From NCBI GenBank assembly GCA_964016885.1, contig OZ024740.1, forward strand, positions 331,948,001 through 332,012,000: DNA of 64,000 nt. Direction: 5' to 3'. Shown in pieces: positions 12,794 to 24,541 of this stretch. The stretch comes from Eledone cirrhosa (taxonomy: Eukaryota). Under the pieces are notes generated by a model that had not been told where the DNA came from, made no database searches, and worked only from the letters and a program-made list of their open reading frames with translations. Both the position numbers and the translations under genes were made by a program. Numbering within the stretch: the first letter of the stretch is position 1; each line of letters begins with the position of its first letter.

Positions 12794-13218
12794 GTTGGAG
12801 GTGGAGACCATGTCACAACATGTGGTGTCTTAGAATGGGAAGAGGGTGATTCCATCAGGATGCAGTCTTCGCGGTCCAGTTGTGATAGAAAGCTAGCTGC
12901 TCCTGGTTCCTTCACAATATGTCGTTCAGAGTGGCATGTCGGGGGAACCGGCCTCCACTCTAGCGGCAAGACATTGGGTGCAAGATGAACTTAACAACGA
13001 CCGCCCCACAGCGGCATTTATGTGATTGTGAATATAGAATTGGAGATACGAATATCCGAATGTTATAATTCACAACTGAAAATTAAATACAATTCAAGCG
13101 TCTGGGAGGTTCAATATATTTGTTTGATTGTATCAGAAAACTACTAATCTTTGTTCAGGACGAAAGGTGTCGTTTCTTCTAAACAATAACTTTTATCTGA
13201 ATAACTTGATTTCTTTAA

Positions 13219-13322
13219 AGTAATGAAAGAAAGCTTTTCATGCACATGCAGTTATAATGTTATGTCGTCTCGCAGTAATGAAAGAAAGTGTTTCACTCAC
13301 ATGCAGTTATACTGTTATGTCG
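13219..13322. repeat. Tandem duplication of ~55 bp
   Basis: AGTAATGAAAGAAAG...CACATGCAGTTATA.TGTTATGTCG twice. Confidence 0.85.
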
Positions 13323-14341
13323 CATCGGACAATATATATTAAACTCTGGTAAAGAGCGTTAGCAAAATGAAGATTACTGCTTCATCATTTGAAATTTTTC
13401 AAAGTTGTTACAGATAGCCTATATTAAATACAATAATTATTAATTTCCACTAAAAATTACATATCAGCATTTATGGACCGTATATGTGTTATGTAGCCTG
13501 CTAGAAAAACGTCGAAACACAGTGAAAGCATTTCGTAGAATGTTTGTCCTTATATTTTTATTAGAGCAATATGGGAAAACGATCTTTCTTGGAATTTTAC
13601 ATATTTCTGAGAGTGGTATTTCTTTAAAACATTCAGGTACATAAATAGTATTTGGACCATTATAATACACTTAGAGTCAGTAATGAGACGTTTATTTTGA
13701 AACGGTAGAATTTACTGCTGCTAAGAAACATATTTCAATAAATCATTATCACACCGACACATGTTTAGGAAGTAGAAAGGCGGAATCCCAAAGCCTGACC
13801 AGCCGGGCCCCTGGATGTTATCCAGCGATCTTCATCGAAGTCTGCTCGGGATCTTCTGTCGATTGGGTTTTGCTCGTAAAATCTGTCCAGCGATTCTTTC
13901 CTGAGATATTCTAAAAAGATGTCCATAATATCGGAGCTGGGATCTCCCAAATTTGACAAGTAGGGGCTCTACCTAGTTCGACTCCCTGAGCGAGCTACAT
14001 ACTCTATCAAGTAAAATTACTCCAATGGCCCTTCGCAGGAAGCCCATTTCGTCCGCTTATATTCGAGATCATATTCTTTCATGAACATGCCCAACCATAG
14101 GTAGAGTTTAGCGTGAATATTTAATTGGAGAAAGCGAGATTGTCTTCTACACCTAATTCCATACTTCCGATGAGCGAATACTAAAGCCGGTGCATTACTG
14201 CACCACATACTGCAATACCTGTGCGCATGTATGCTAAAATATATGTTTGTATGAATAACTTATTATCATGTCATTATATTGATTCATCAGTTTCAAAATC
14301 AAAGTCAACCTGAGATGAGATTGACTGAGAACAATGAAAGA

Positions 14342-14539
14342 AATAATGGTTTCTACTTTTTGGCACAAGGCCAGCAATTACCCAGTTTTTATTACTGGTA
14401 CTTTATTTTATCGACCCCGTAAGGATGAAAGGCAAAGTTAACCTCGGCGGGATTTGAACGCAGAATGACAAGGGCCGTAACTCCATGCGTCAAAGCATGG
14501 CGTCCGACCTTCTACCGATACTGCCAATCCACCGCCCTT
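14342..14539 (-). mobile_element. tRNA-derived SINE, full length
   Basis: Minus strand has A box TGGCAGTATCGG, B box GTTCAAATCC and the shared core; GAAATAA on both flanks. Confidence 0.9.
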
Positions 14540-14812
14540 GAAATAAATGATGAAATACATTAGTCGGTATCAATGCTACTTTAAAACGTCACGACAGTTT
14601 ATTGTGAATATAGAATTGGCTACATGCATATCTGATTGTTATAATTCACAACTTAGAATTAAAAACAATTCACACGTCTGGGAAGTTCAATATATAAAGC
14701 ACGCCGACACACACACGCACCCACACTTACATGGACTGACGCATACATGCACATAATATACAAGATGGTATATACATATGTGTATGTCGGCGAGGGGCGT
14801 TTGTGGGGTGAG

Positions 14813-14854
<42 letters not shown>

Positions 14855-15704
14855 ATACATAAAAACATACATACATATATATACATACATAAATACATAC
14901 ATACTTACATACATAAACACATACATACATACATATTAGAGAGTAGTGGAGAGAGAGGCCGTAATAAAGCATGAAGATCAGTTCACAGGCGCCAGAGTGG
15001 CAAATGATAAAATGCATCTATATCATAGTCCTCATTATCTGCAGAAGTAGCACGATAACTTTGATGTGAAGAAAATTATATGTTACAATACAATTTTTGT
15101 TCGAGATTATTTTCAAATATAAGAACGTGTTTTTCACCTCCAAAAAATGGTAGCAAGTTTTGAACAAATATATAACTACAAAAAAGAATACGTCAACACG
15201 TGTGAGTTTAACACTTAAACATTTTACTCAAACAAAAATTACATATTTCTTATTAGAAGAAATATTTCGTTCAACACAACAACCGATTATAAAATTACAT
15301 AATTTAAATGTGCTAGCTTTCAAAATAATGATTGAGAGCCACATTGTCTTCCCATACCATAAACATGGCTGGAATTATTAATGATTGTGGCAGATTAACG
15401 TGTTTCCAAAACATTTCATTTAGCATTTATTTTTTCGTAAAAACTGAAAGTAGTATAAAAAGGTGATAATTCTACTCTTGCCCCTCCTCTGAGGAGTCAC
15501 ATTTCTTTCCTAGAATTCTAATTTTGTAGAATAATGTTAAACAGTACGGGAATAAGATATTGAATGAATAGAAGACGGTGGTTTTGAAGGTGACGTCCCC
15601 GCCTTCACGGAATGAGAAGCAAGTCTTTGCTAATCGGCAGATAAGTAGCGTTCATAGCAATGAACCTGTTACTCCAATCATGATTACGTACAGGAACACG
15701 AACA

Positions 15705-15838
15705 TAATAATTGTTTCCACTTTAGGCACAAGGTCAGCAATTTGAAGGGAAGGGGAAAGTCGATTAAATCGACCCTAGTGCTTACTGATACTTTATTTTA
15801 CCAACCACATAATGACGAAATGCAAAGCTAACCTCGGC
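15705..15838 (-). mobile_element. SINE, longer subfamily, 5'-truncated
   Basis: Same tail and core plus a GGGGAAAGTCGATTAAATCGAC insert, as at 27680-27790 and 61370-61590. Confidence 0.8.
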
Positions 15839-16554
15839 ATGAAAGAGTAAAGTGCATCAGGAACTAATGAGGAGGTAGTCTCACCTACCGAGTCTTTGCT
15901 AGGAATAGGAACCGCATGCTCCTCAAATCACACTCAGTCGCATCTAGTCTTATCTAGAATGCATTTGATCAACCGTTGACGTAATCAAAATTTGCTACTA
16001 AATAATAACAGCAGCTGCAGAAGCAGGAGCAACAGCAGCTGCAGCATTGACACTATTGCCTTTGGCAACTGAAAAGTCTGCAGTGTTGCGTACATTGCCG
16101 TTGTCGTCATTGACTACCGCAAGAAAGGAATCTCCGAAGACCAGCAAAAATAACACCAGCCAATTACCGAGACTCTAATTTTTCACTGAATATGTTTGAA
16201 ATAGATCACTGGTTTCCTCACATCCTCACTTACACTCTGAAAATGCAACGCATACATTGACAAATGTAGTCTTATATATACAAACTGTCGAGAAGATAAC
16301 AAATGGATATAATTTTCGCATAGGCTTCTTCAATCCGAGCTGACATGGTGTTAACAAAACCAAGTCCGAACCAGTAAGTAGCCTCACTTTCTGACAACTT
16401 AGCAAATCCGAGCCAATATAGGAGACTTTTCTTATCGGCTTGTTCTCTGCAAGTTGCGCCCTATTCTTTTAAATTAGGAAATATTTGTTAAGGTAGCTCT
16501 AGATACTTTAAACTAAAAAACATATTATTATATATCAGGGTTGACAATAACAGT

Positions 16555-16723
16555 AATAATAATTGTTTCTACTTTTGGTACAAGGCCAGTAATTATCCCG
16601 GTGCATTACTGGCACTTTATTTTATCGACCTCGTAAGGATGAAAGGCAAAGTTAACCTCGGCGGGATTTGAACTCAGATCATAAAGGGACGCAACTCTAT
16701 GCATAGAAAGCATGGTGTCCGAC
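16555..16723 (-). mobile_element. tRNA-derived SINE within an (AAT)n tract
   Basis: Core match; TAATAATAA on both sides. Confidence 0.88.
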
Positions 16724-18392
16724 ATTAATAATAATAAAATAATTACATCATATGCATAATGACCGTCAGCACTAATGACAGTTGTTGATAAAAATATAAC
16801 TAATAGCAAATGCGAAAAAACAAATGCGTGAGCAGCCATTAGTTGGAGATAAATATCAGGGAAAAACTGGTAAAAGCATATAAAACAAACCGTAATTATA
16901 CTTTTGCAATAATACCCGTAGAAATCGACCTGAACACAAAAAAGGAAGATCATAATTAACCAAAACAATGGGAGGGCGGAGATCGCAATATCAGTCCACA
17001 GTCAAAAAAGCTTAAATAGTTTGTCGCAAGAGTTGGTGTCACAATGTAAGCAGAAATTAGTGGGTGATTAGAAACTAGAAATCTCCACACAAAAAAATAC
17101 AGTGTAAATAGGCACTCCACTGTCTATATATGCGTGAAGGGATCATTTTGAAGCACAACTATAAAGGATTATTTAGAAGTTTATTGTAAAGCATGTGTCA
17201 CAGAAAACGTAATAGTTGTCGTCGGGCATGTTCAGAAAAAAGAAGTCTTTCGACTAAATGTTTAAATTTTTACATAGGATAAAGTTGGTCGGACATTAGA
17301 AATGCAAATACTGATCATGTTTGTCGGGTCGTAAACAATTAGACGTTATGATGGATAAGGATAAAGATTTAGGCATCGCTTGCGTGGTGATGTCGATCAC
17401 GTAATGGCTTTCTATCCACAAGAAAGGCAAAATACATATAATCTCTAATTCCAAAAGCCCAGCGATATCATCTACAACAGGTTACCAACACGAGGACTTC
17501 TATGTAGTTGCTTAACCCTTTGGAAAGATAAACCCCATCATAAAATGTGAACGACATGACTCTACAGCAGCAAAATAAAGAACCGCAAAAACATAAAAAA
17601 CAGTAATACCATACAGAAGAAAATTCCTAACCACACCAACCAATGCAACCAGAATATGTACATAACAAGAAAAGCCGCAATAAAAAAATAACAACGATGA
17701 CCACTTAATTCCTGAAATACATTGCGCTCCGAAAGGAAAACAGTGGGTTAATGTACGTAATAAAGCAATCACAATCTCACATGGAAATGTACTGAGATTA
17801 AGGTAATCCAGAACTATCAGGCATAAATAGTGAACGCATACATACGCACCGGGATCTATAAACGCTAGACCATTGTAACGTATCTCACACACTGCATAAA
17901 CCCAAACGAGAACGTATGTTTTTGAATTTATTTTGATAAGGTGCTTCATCTATTGTAAAACTACAGTTTTTGAAGCGCTTGGTAATCCGTAACTGATAAC
18001 ACGTATCTACGCTGATACAAGATCTTTAGTATTCCGTAAACGATGATAGTGACATCTTCCTGCTTCTCATCTCTTTTTCTAAAAAGCTATTTCAGTTTGC
18101 AGTAATTTAGTTATCCGAAGCTGATATAACGCTTTGTTTCTAATAATTTCAAGGTCATATTTTACTAAATCATGATGTAAAACGTAACTATTTAATATTC
18201 TGTTTCTAACTTAACCCTTTAATAGTTTAATTCTTCGTCCTTTTTTTTGGGGGGGGGGGGGGGCAGTATTAGAAATCATAACTGTTAGGGTTGATAGGAT
18301 CGGTAACCATTCAATTTCCATTCGTTGTTGACGTCCTCCCAAGTTTAACCGTACCTTTCATTTTCGTGGATTTAATATATATATATAGAAAC

Positions 18393-19603
18393 ACTCTACT
18401 CTTTACTGATAATGACACTTGGGTAAAAATATCTAACCCAGAGAACCCATTCGATGTCTCAATGGGCTCTTTTGACAGTGCTGATGTTTGTGATTTAGTC
18501 GGCCTAATCCTCCTACACACACTTAAAGAAAAATTCCCTAACCATAGTTTTGGGCTTTATCGCGACGATGGTCTAATACTTTCCCATACCACCATAGGCC
18601 ATAACTTAGATAGATTAAGGAAAGACTTAATAAAAACCTTTGCTAATTTTAATCTTAAAATTACTATTGACACTAACCTTTCCAATGTTAATTTTCTAGA
18701 TATAAACCTAGATTTGCCTACTGCTTCTTACAAACCATACCATAAACCTAATGAAAATTTAAAATATATAAATAAAGGCTCTTGCCATCCTCCTATAGTT
18801 TTTAAAAACCGTATCCCTAATATTAGCCGTAGGATCTCCACCCTCTCTTCCTCAGAAGCTATTTTCAATAAGGCACCCACCTACTATAATAAAGCCCTTC
18901 AAAATAGCGGATTTAGCGAACCGATTAAGTACATACCCAACAATACTAACTCTTTTAAACATAATAATAGGAAAAGAAAAATAATCTGGTTCACACCCCC
19001 TACTCTCTAGCAGTTAAAACTAATGTAGGCAAAAAATTCCTAGAGCTCTTAGATAAACATTTCCCTAGAACACATAGATACTATAAGATCTTCAATAGAA
19101 ACTGTGTCAAAATTAGCTACTCCTGCGGTCCCTCTATTAAATCTTATATCATCAATAAGAAATCACCCAGAGAACATCAAAATTGCTCCTGTAGAGTCAA
19201 AAGTGAATGCCCATTACAAGGTAAATGCAACACCAAAGCCATTGTGTATGCGGCTAAAGTGACAACCATCAGCAACAACCAACCAGCCACCAGCGAACGA
19301 TATGTGGTTATGACACAAGACAAATTCAAAACGCGTTATTACTCACATGTCGCATCTTTCCGACATCCAGAAAAAAGATTCACAACAGCTCTGGCTAGCA
19401 GAATATGGGATTTGAAAGACCAAGGTATCCAATATAAATTGGATTGGTCAATTTTGAACCAATTTAAAGAATATGCAAGAGGAACAAGAAGATGCACACT
19501 CTGCATAAGTGAAAAATATTGGATTTTACAAAACCTTAAATCACCAAAAACCTGCCTAAATACAAAAACAGAAATTTTCACCAGTTGCCCACACATGAAA
19601 TAA
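18393..19603 (+). pseudogene. PLE RT C-terminal part + GIY-YIG endonuclease (one frameshift)
   Basis: ORFs 18291..19010 and 19244..19603 are joined by an open frame running from 19001. Confidence 0.88.
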
Positions 19604-20198
19604 CACTTGCTTTCCAGCTCATATAAACTTAACTCACTTTCAGACACTTATCCTCCATAAGCTCTTATTTTTCACTTTCCTTAAATTATTCTCTTTACAG
19701 ACTTCTCTTTCTGATTTACTTTCATTTTTAACTTTATTTTTAACTTTATTTTTATTTTTATTTTTACTTCACATCCACTATAACCCCTCGCCCTACTCTT
19801 CGATTCACTTACCTAATATTCCACATTTTACTTCCCCATTTTATTTTACTACCTGATTTCGGTGTCACTTGCGTTTTCCACCTCAGATATATTCTGTTGT
19901 TTCGCAGCCGATTTTATATTTGTATTCATTTATTCATAAGGCTGCTTTATACTCTGTATCTATGTGTCTGAGTGTCTTTATGTGTGTATACTTTCTGTAT
20001 ATGTATACGAACGACTCCGTATGTGCGCGTGCGTACGTGTATATATATGTGTGTGTATGTGTGTTTTTATCTATGTTTTTAGATCTATGTTTTTTACATT
20101 CTTATTTTTACATGTGTGTGTGTAAGCGCCTGAATGTACGTGAATGTGTATGTGTGTACGTGTCTATATATGTATATGTATGTATGGGTGTGTATGTG

Positions 20199-20233
<35 letters not shown>

Positions 20234-20917
20234 GCGTACGTACGTATGATACATGGGGCGATATATATATATACGTGCCTCGTGTGTATGTATGTACGCA
20301 TGCATGCGCTTTTGTCTGTATGTATTTGTGTTTATAAATATTTTTTTATAGATATATGTTTTTTATAGATATATGTGTATGTACGTGCGTACCTATGTTT
20401 GTTTTCTTTTCTCTAGTGTTAATTGATTACTTTCTCTTTCATTTAAACATTTTTTTCATTCTCATATACTGTTTCATGTTTATACATATATCGAGAATGA
20501 CACTTCTTTTTACTATTGCACTCCCTTCCCTCTTTATCTTCCGCATATAAGTGACCGCTGTGTGCGTGTGTGTTTATACGCGTGCTTTAATACTCGTATG
20601 TGTATTTAATACCTGTATCTGGATGCGTGTCATCTATATTATCATTTTCATTTTCTTTTTCAACTCATATTATATCCGTATTTGTGGTCACATATACACA
20701 CATATACTTGCCCTCATATATGTACTTACGCACACATTTTCACCATACACATACATTTGCACATACAGACATATGTATATTTGTGAGTGTATATACATAC
20801 ATATACACACACCTAAGTATATGTCCTTATATTTTTATATATTTTTTTATATATCTCTTGCATTACTTATATTTATATATTTGAGGAGACTTTCCAAATA
20901 TTTCACTATGTTTTATA

Positions 20918-20993
20918 TTACCTTGTCCGACGAACGAATGAGGACGTTTTTTTCGTAATCGTCTTATTCGGGAAACCTCTGGTAATGGGGTAA
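20918..20993 (+). ncRNA. Type I hammerhead-like motif (U4C core)
   Basis: TTACCTTGT-CCGACGA-A-CGAATGAGGACG...CGTCTTATTCG-G-GAAAC-CTCTG-GTA-ATGGGGTAA. Confidence 0.72.
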
Positions 20994-21094
20994 TTATATT
21001 GTATTGTTTATTATACATTAAATTTTGCTCTGGTACTTACATAGAGCACTCTTCACTGCTATAACTTTTTCAATTTTCAACGGAAAATTCAATA

Positions 21095-21131
<37 letters not shown>

Positions 21132-21376
21132 AACGTAAGATAAGAAAATTATAAAATTATAAAAAGATTATAAAATTGACTTACTTACTAAAATATTTTA
21201 GTAAGTAAGTCAATTTTATAATCTTTTTATAATTTTATAATATTCTTATCTTACGTCTCTCATATTATTGTTCTGCAACCCCATGCATTGAACCACAACG
21301 TTACTAAGACAAAACCTATATATTTGCTAGCATTGATATGCATCTGTATGTATATAAATGTTACTAGATATAAATT

Positions 21377-21440
<64 letters not shown>

Positions 21441-21787
21441 AATTAATATATCTAGTAACATATATATACATACAGATGCATATCAATGCTAGCAAATATA
21501 TAGGTTTTGTCTTAGTAACATTGTGGTTCAATGCATGGGGTTGCAGAACAATAATATGAGAGACGTAAAATAAGAAAATTATTAAATTAACTTACTTACT
21601 AAAATATCACTTCCAACTAATTAGTTTCTGGAATGGAGTAAATATATTTTCCGAAGAAGATATAGAGAAACATTCCGTCGTCAATGGCTAGGAATTCAGT
21701 CCACGCTTTGCTATTTCCTATCCAATGAATTATTTTTTAATAAGTTTCCAGAGTCCCCGTTTTGCCTGGAAACTTAGACGAGAATAG

Positions 21788-21869
21788 ACTTCCCTGACGA
21801 CGGAATGTTTCTCTATATCTTCTTCGGAAAATATATTTACTCCATTCCAGAAACTAATTAGTTGGAAGT
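21788..21869 (+). ncRNA. Type I hammerhead ribozyme, copy 1
   Basis: ACTTCC-CTGACGA-C-GGAATG...CATTCC-A-GAAAC-TAATTA-GTT-GGAAGT. Confidence 0.85.
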
Positions 21870-22308
21870 GATATTTTAGTAAGTAAGTTAATTTTATAAT
21901 TTTCTTATTTTACGTCTCTCATATTATTGTTCTGCAACCCCATGCATTGAACCACAATGTTACTAAGACAAAACCTATATATTTGCTAGCATTGATATGC
22001 ATCTGTATGTATATATATGTTACTAGATATTAATTCTTTATAATTATCTCCAAATTATTTGTCGAGCAATATTGGCCATGACTGCTGCTATGGTAGTAGA
22101 CAGGCCGCTGTCTTATTAGCAAACCACTTTCCACTGATTGACCTCGATGTCACGTGATTGATTCTTTTGAATTTGCCACTGACGCAGAGGCAGTGATTTT
22201 CTCAATGGCTAGGAATTCAGTCCACGCTTTGCTATTTCCTATCCACTGAATTATTTTTTAATAAGTTTCCAGAGTCCCCGCTTTGCCTGGAAACTTAGAC
22301 GAGAATAG

Positions 22309-22390
22309 ACTTCCCTGACGACGGAATGTTTCTCTATATCTTCTTCGGAAAATATATTTACTCCATTCCAGAAACTAATTAGTTGGAAGT
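22309..22390 (+). ncRNA. Type I hammerhead ribozyme, copy 2 (same sequence as copy 1)
   Basis: Same sequence 521 nt downstream. Confidence 0.85.
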
Positions 22391-22464
22391 GATATTTTAG
22401 TAAGTAAGTTAATTTTATAATTTTCTTATTTTACGTCTCTCTCATATATATATATATGTATATA

Positions 22465-22650
22465 TTTTAATATAGATGATCTTCTACAGGACTAGAACTG
22501 TTTCATTCGTGATGATTTCTCTGATGATTTCTCACGAATGAAACAGTTCTAGTCCTGTAGAAGCTCTTCTATATTAAAACTTTTATACTCTTCTATGTAT
22601 TGAGTACCTTACTTACTGTGATTACCTCCGATGCAACGCGGAATAACTTA
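22465..22650 (+). mobile_element. pLTR-like fragment with 5' inverted duplication and partial HHR
   Basis: Palindrome 22465-22579. CTGATGA (22521)...GAAAC AGTTCTA GTC CTGTAG; the stem I 5' strand is missing. Lies between (TA)n tracts. Confidence 0.68.
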
Positions 22651-22729
22651 TATATATATATATAGGCGGTGCCCCAGCATGGCCTCAGTCGGATGGCTGG
22701 AACAGGTAAAAGAGTAAAACAGTAATATA

Positions 22730-23358
22730 TCTGTATATATATAAATCTGTAGTTTTCTGTATGTATGTGTATGTGTGTGTGGACAATTTTTAATGAGGTC
22801 TCAGATATTCTAAACCATTCATGCGATTTCTTTGAAATTTTTTACAGAGCTTCTCCTTGTACAAAACCTGTATATGATCTATAAAGGCTTTCAACAATCG
22901 ATATTGGGGCCTTTGGAGATATTAAAAATATTTCGGTTATTTGTGTGAATTTTCGTGATTAAGTAAGATAAGAGTTATCTTTCGTAATCAAGAGTTATCT
23001 TTCGTAATTCGGCTCATTCGGATTTTAATTTACTCTTTGTACTTGAAACAAAGAGACTAACAATATCATTTTGTATATTTCACAACCAGCAATTTCTAAC
23101 AGATTACTAAGTTAAGTTATAGATATGATATTGTATAATTTATCGTTTCAAGCTTGATATTCATACATTAAGTGATGTCATAACTTTTACAATATTATGC
23201 TTAAATTTATCTAAAATTATTTCGCTGCAATAGTGCCTAAGGTTTTCATGTTTACATAAAGTACATTTTTCTTCTATGTATTCAAATTTAATTTGTTTAG
23301 TTTAACGAGCTACATCTAAAGCTACTTGAACCGTCCAAAGGACGGGTAGTTTAGCTAG
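22730..23358 (+). mobile_element. Non-autonomous Helitron
   Basis: A|TC 5' end followed by a TGTA-type microsatellite; 3' hairpin CCGTCC aaa GGACGG about 10 nt before CTAG|T; no TSD. Confidence 0.75.
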
Positions 23359-23524
23359 TATATATATAAAGAAAGGGGTGGATTTGAAAATTGCTTGAAC
23401 GCTTTGTAGCATTCATTTTCGTCGATTTGTATCATGATTTGCAGTACTGCCGTATTTGATTATCAAGAACCGAAAATAGTATAGATTTTTTAAATTCAAG
23501 AACTAGGATTATTACTACTAAGTG

Positions 23525-23720
23525 TAGGATGATGGATTGACAGCGTCAGTAGAACGTAGAACAGCATGCTATGTGGCATATAGTTACGGTTTTTTACGTC
23601 CTGACTTAAAATCCGCCGAGGTTAGCTTTAAATTAAGTACCAGTAACGCATTAGTGTCGATTTAATTGACTTTTTCCTCCCCAAAATTGTTGGTCTTGTG
23701 CATAAATCAAAAACCATTAC
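23525..23720 (+). mobile_element. Old, diverged SINE copy
   Basis: GGATTGACAG...CCGCCGAGGTTA...AAGTACCAGTA...GGTCTTGTGC...ATTACT. Confidence 0.65.
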
Positions 23721-24119
23721 TACTCTTATGGGTGTTAATCTAGTATGTCCATAATCATGATGACAAAATAATGTTAGTTGTCCAAATCTGCAAATATATA
23801 AAAATAAAATTTATTACTAATCTTATTTGACATTTCTTTCTAACAAAACTTAATTTCCAATGACGTTCTCTTCAAACCGAGTTTCCATTGATATTCTTCT
23901 GTAAAGTAATATTTATAATGAATTTTTTGAAAATAAACCAATTAATGTTGGTCAAATCCAATGTAAAGATAGATTTACTCAACTATAATATTTAATTATA
24001 AAAATGAGGAGATTAATTTGTGATAGCATTTCGTAAAGGAAAAGAATATTTGATGTTTATTTTTAATAATTTTCTATCTATCTAGGTATATATCAATCTA
24101 TCTATTTATTTCTCTCACT

Positions 24120-24541
<422 letters not shown>

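Larger units (their letters stand above)
18393..21097 (+). mobile_element. Penelope-like element 3 (Naiad-type), 5'-truncated, with long 3' pseudo-LTR
   Basis: FDVSMGSFDSADVCDLVGL, GLYRDDGL, NFLDINLDL, IIWFTPP; a frameshift near 19000, then CSC...CPLQGKC, VYAAKV...YVVMT, CTLCISEK and LNTKTEIFTSCPH. HHR at 20918; (TA)n on both flanks. Confidence 0.9.
21124..22444 (+). mobile_element. Non-coding HHR-bearing 521-nt repeat (1.5 tandem units plus inverted partial copies): retrozyme / mini-PLE-like
   Basis: 21681-21920 recurs at 22202-22441 (period 521). 21437-21683 is the reverse complement of about 21795-22041. A palindrome spans 21124-21264. Bounded by (TA)n; no ORF. Confidence 0.85.

Noticed and set aside
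19180-19603. Selenocysteine (in-frame UGA + SECIS), reported for some Naiad PLEs
   Set aside because: All conserved Cys codons in the linker, CxxC and terminal CPH are TGC/TGT, and no SECIS was recognised by eye in the PLE 1 or PLE 3 UTRs.
21681-22444. CRISPR array or LTR retrotransposon
   Set aside because: No repeat-spacer pattern, no TG...CA ends, PBS or PPT; the sequence is eukaryotic.
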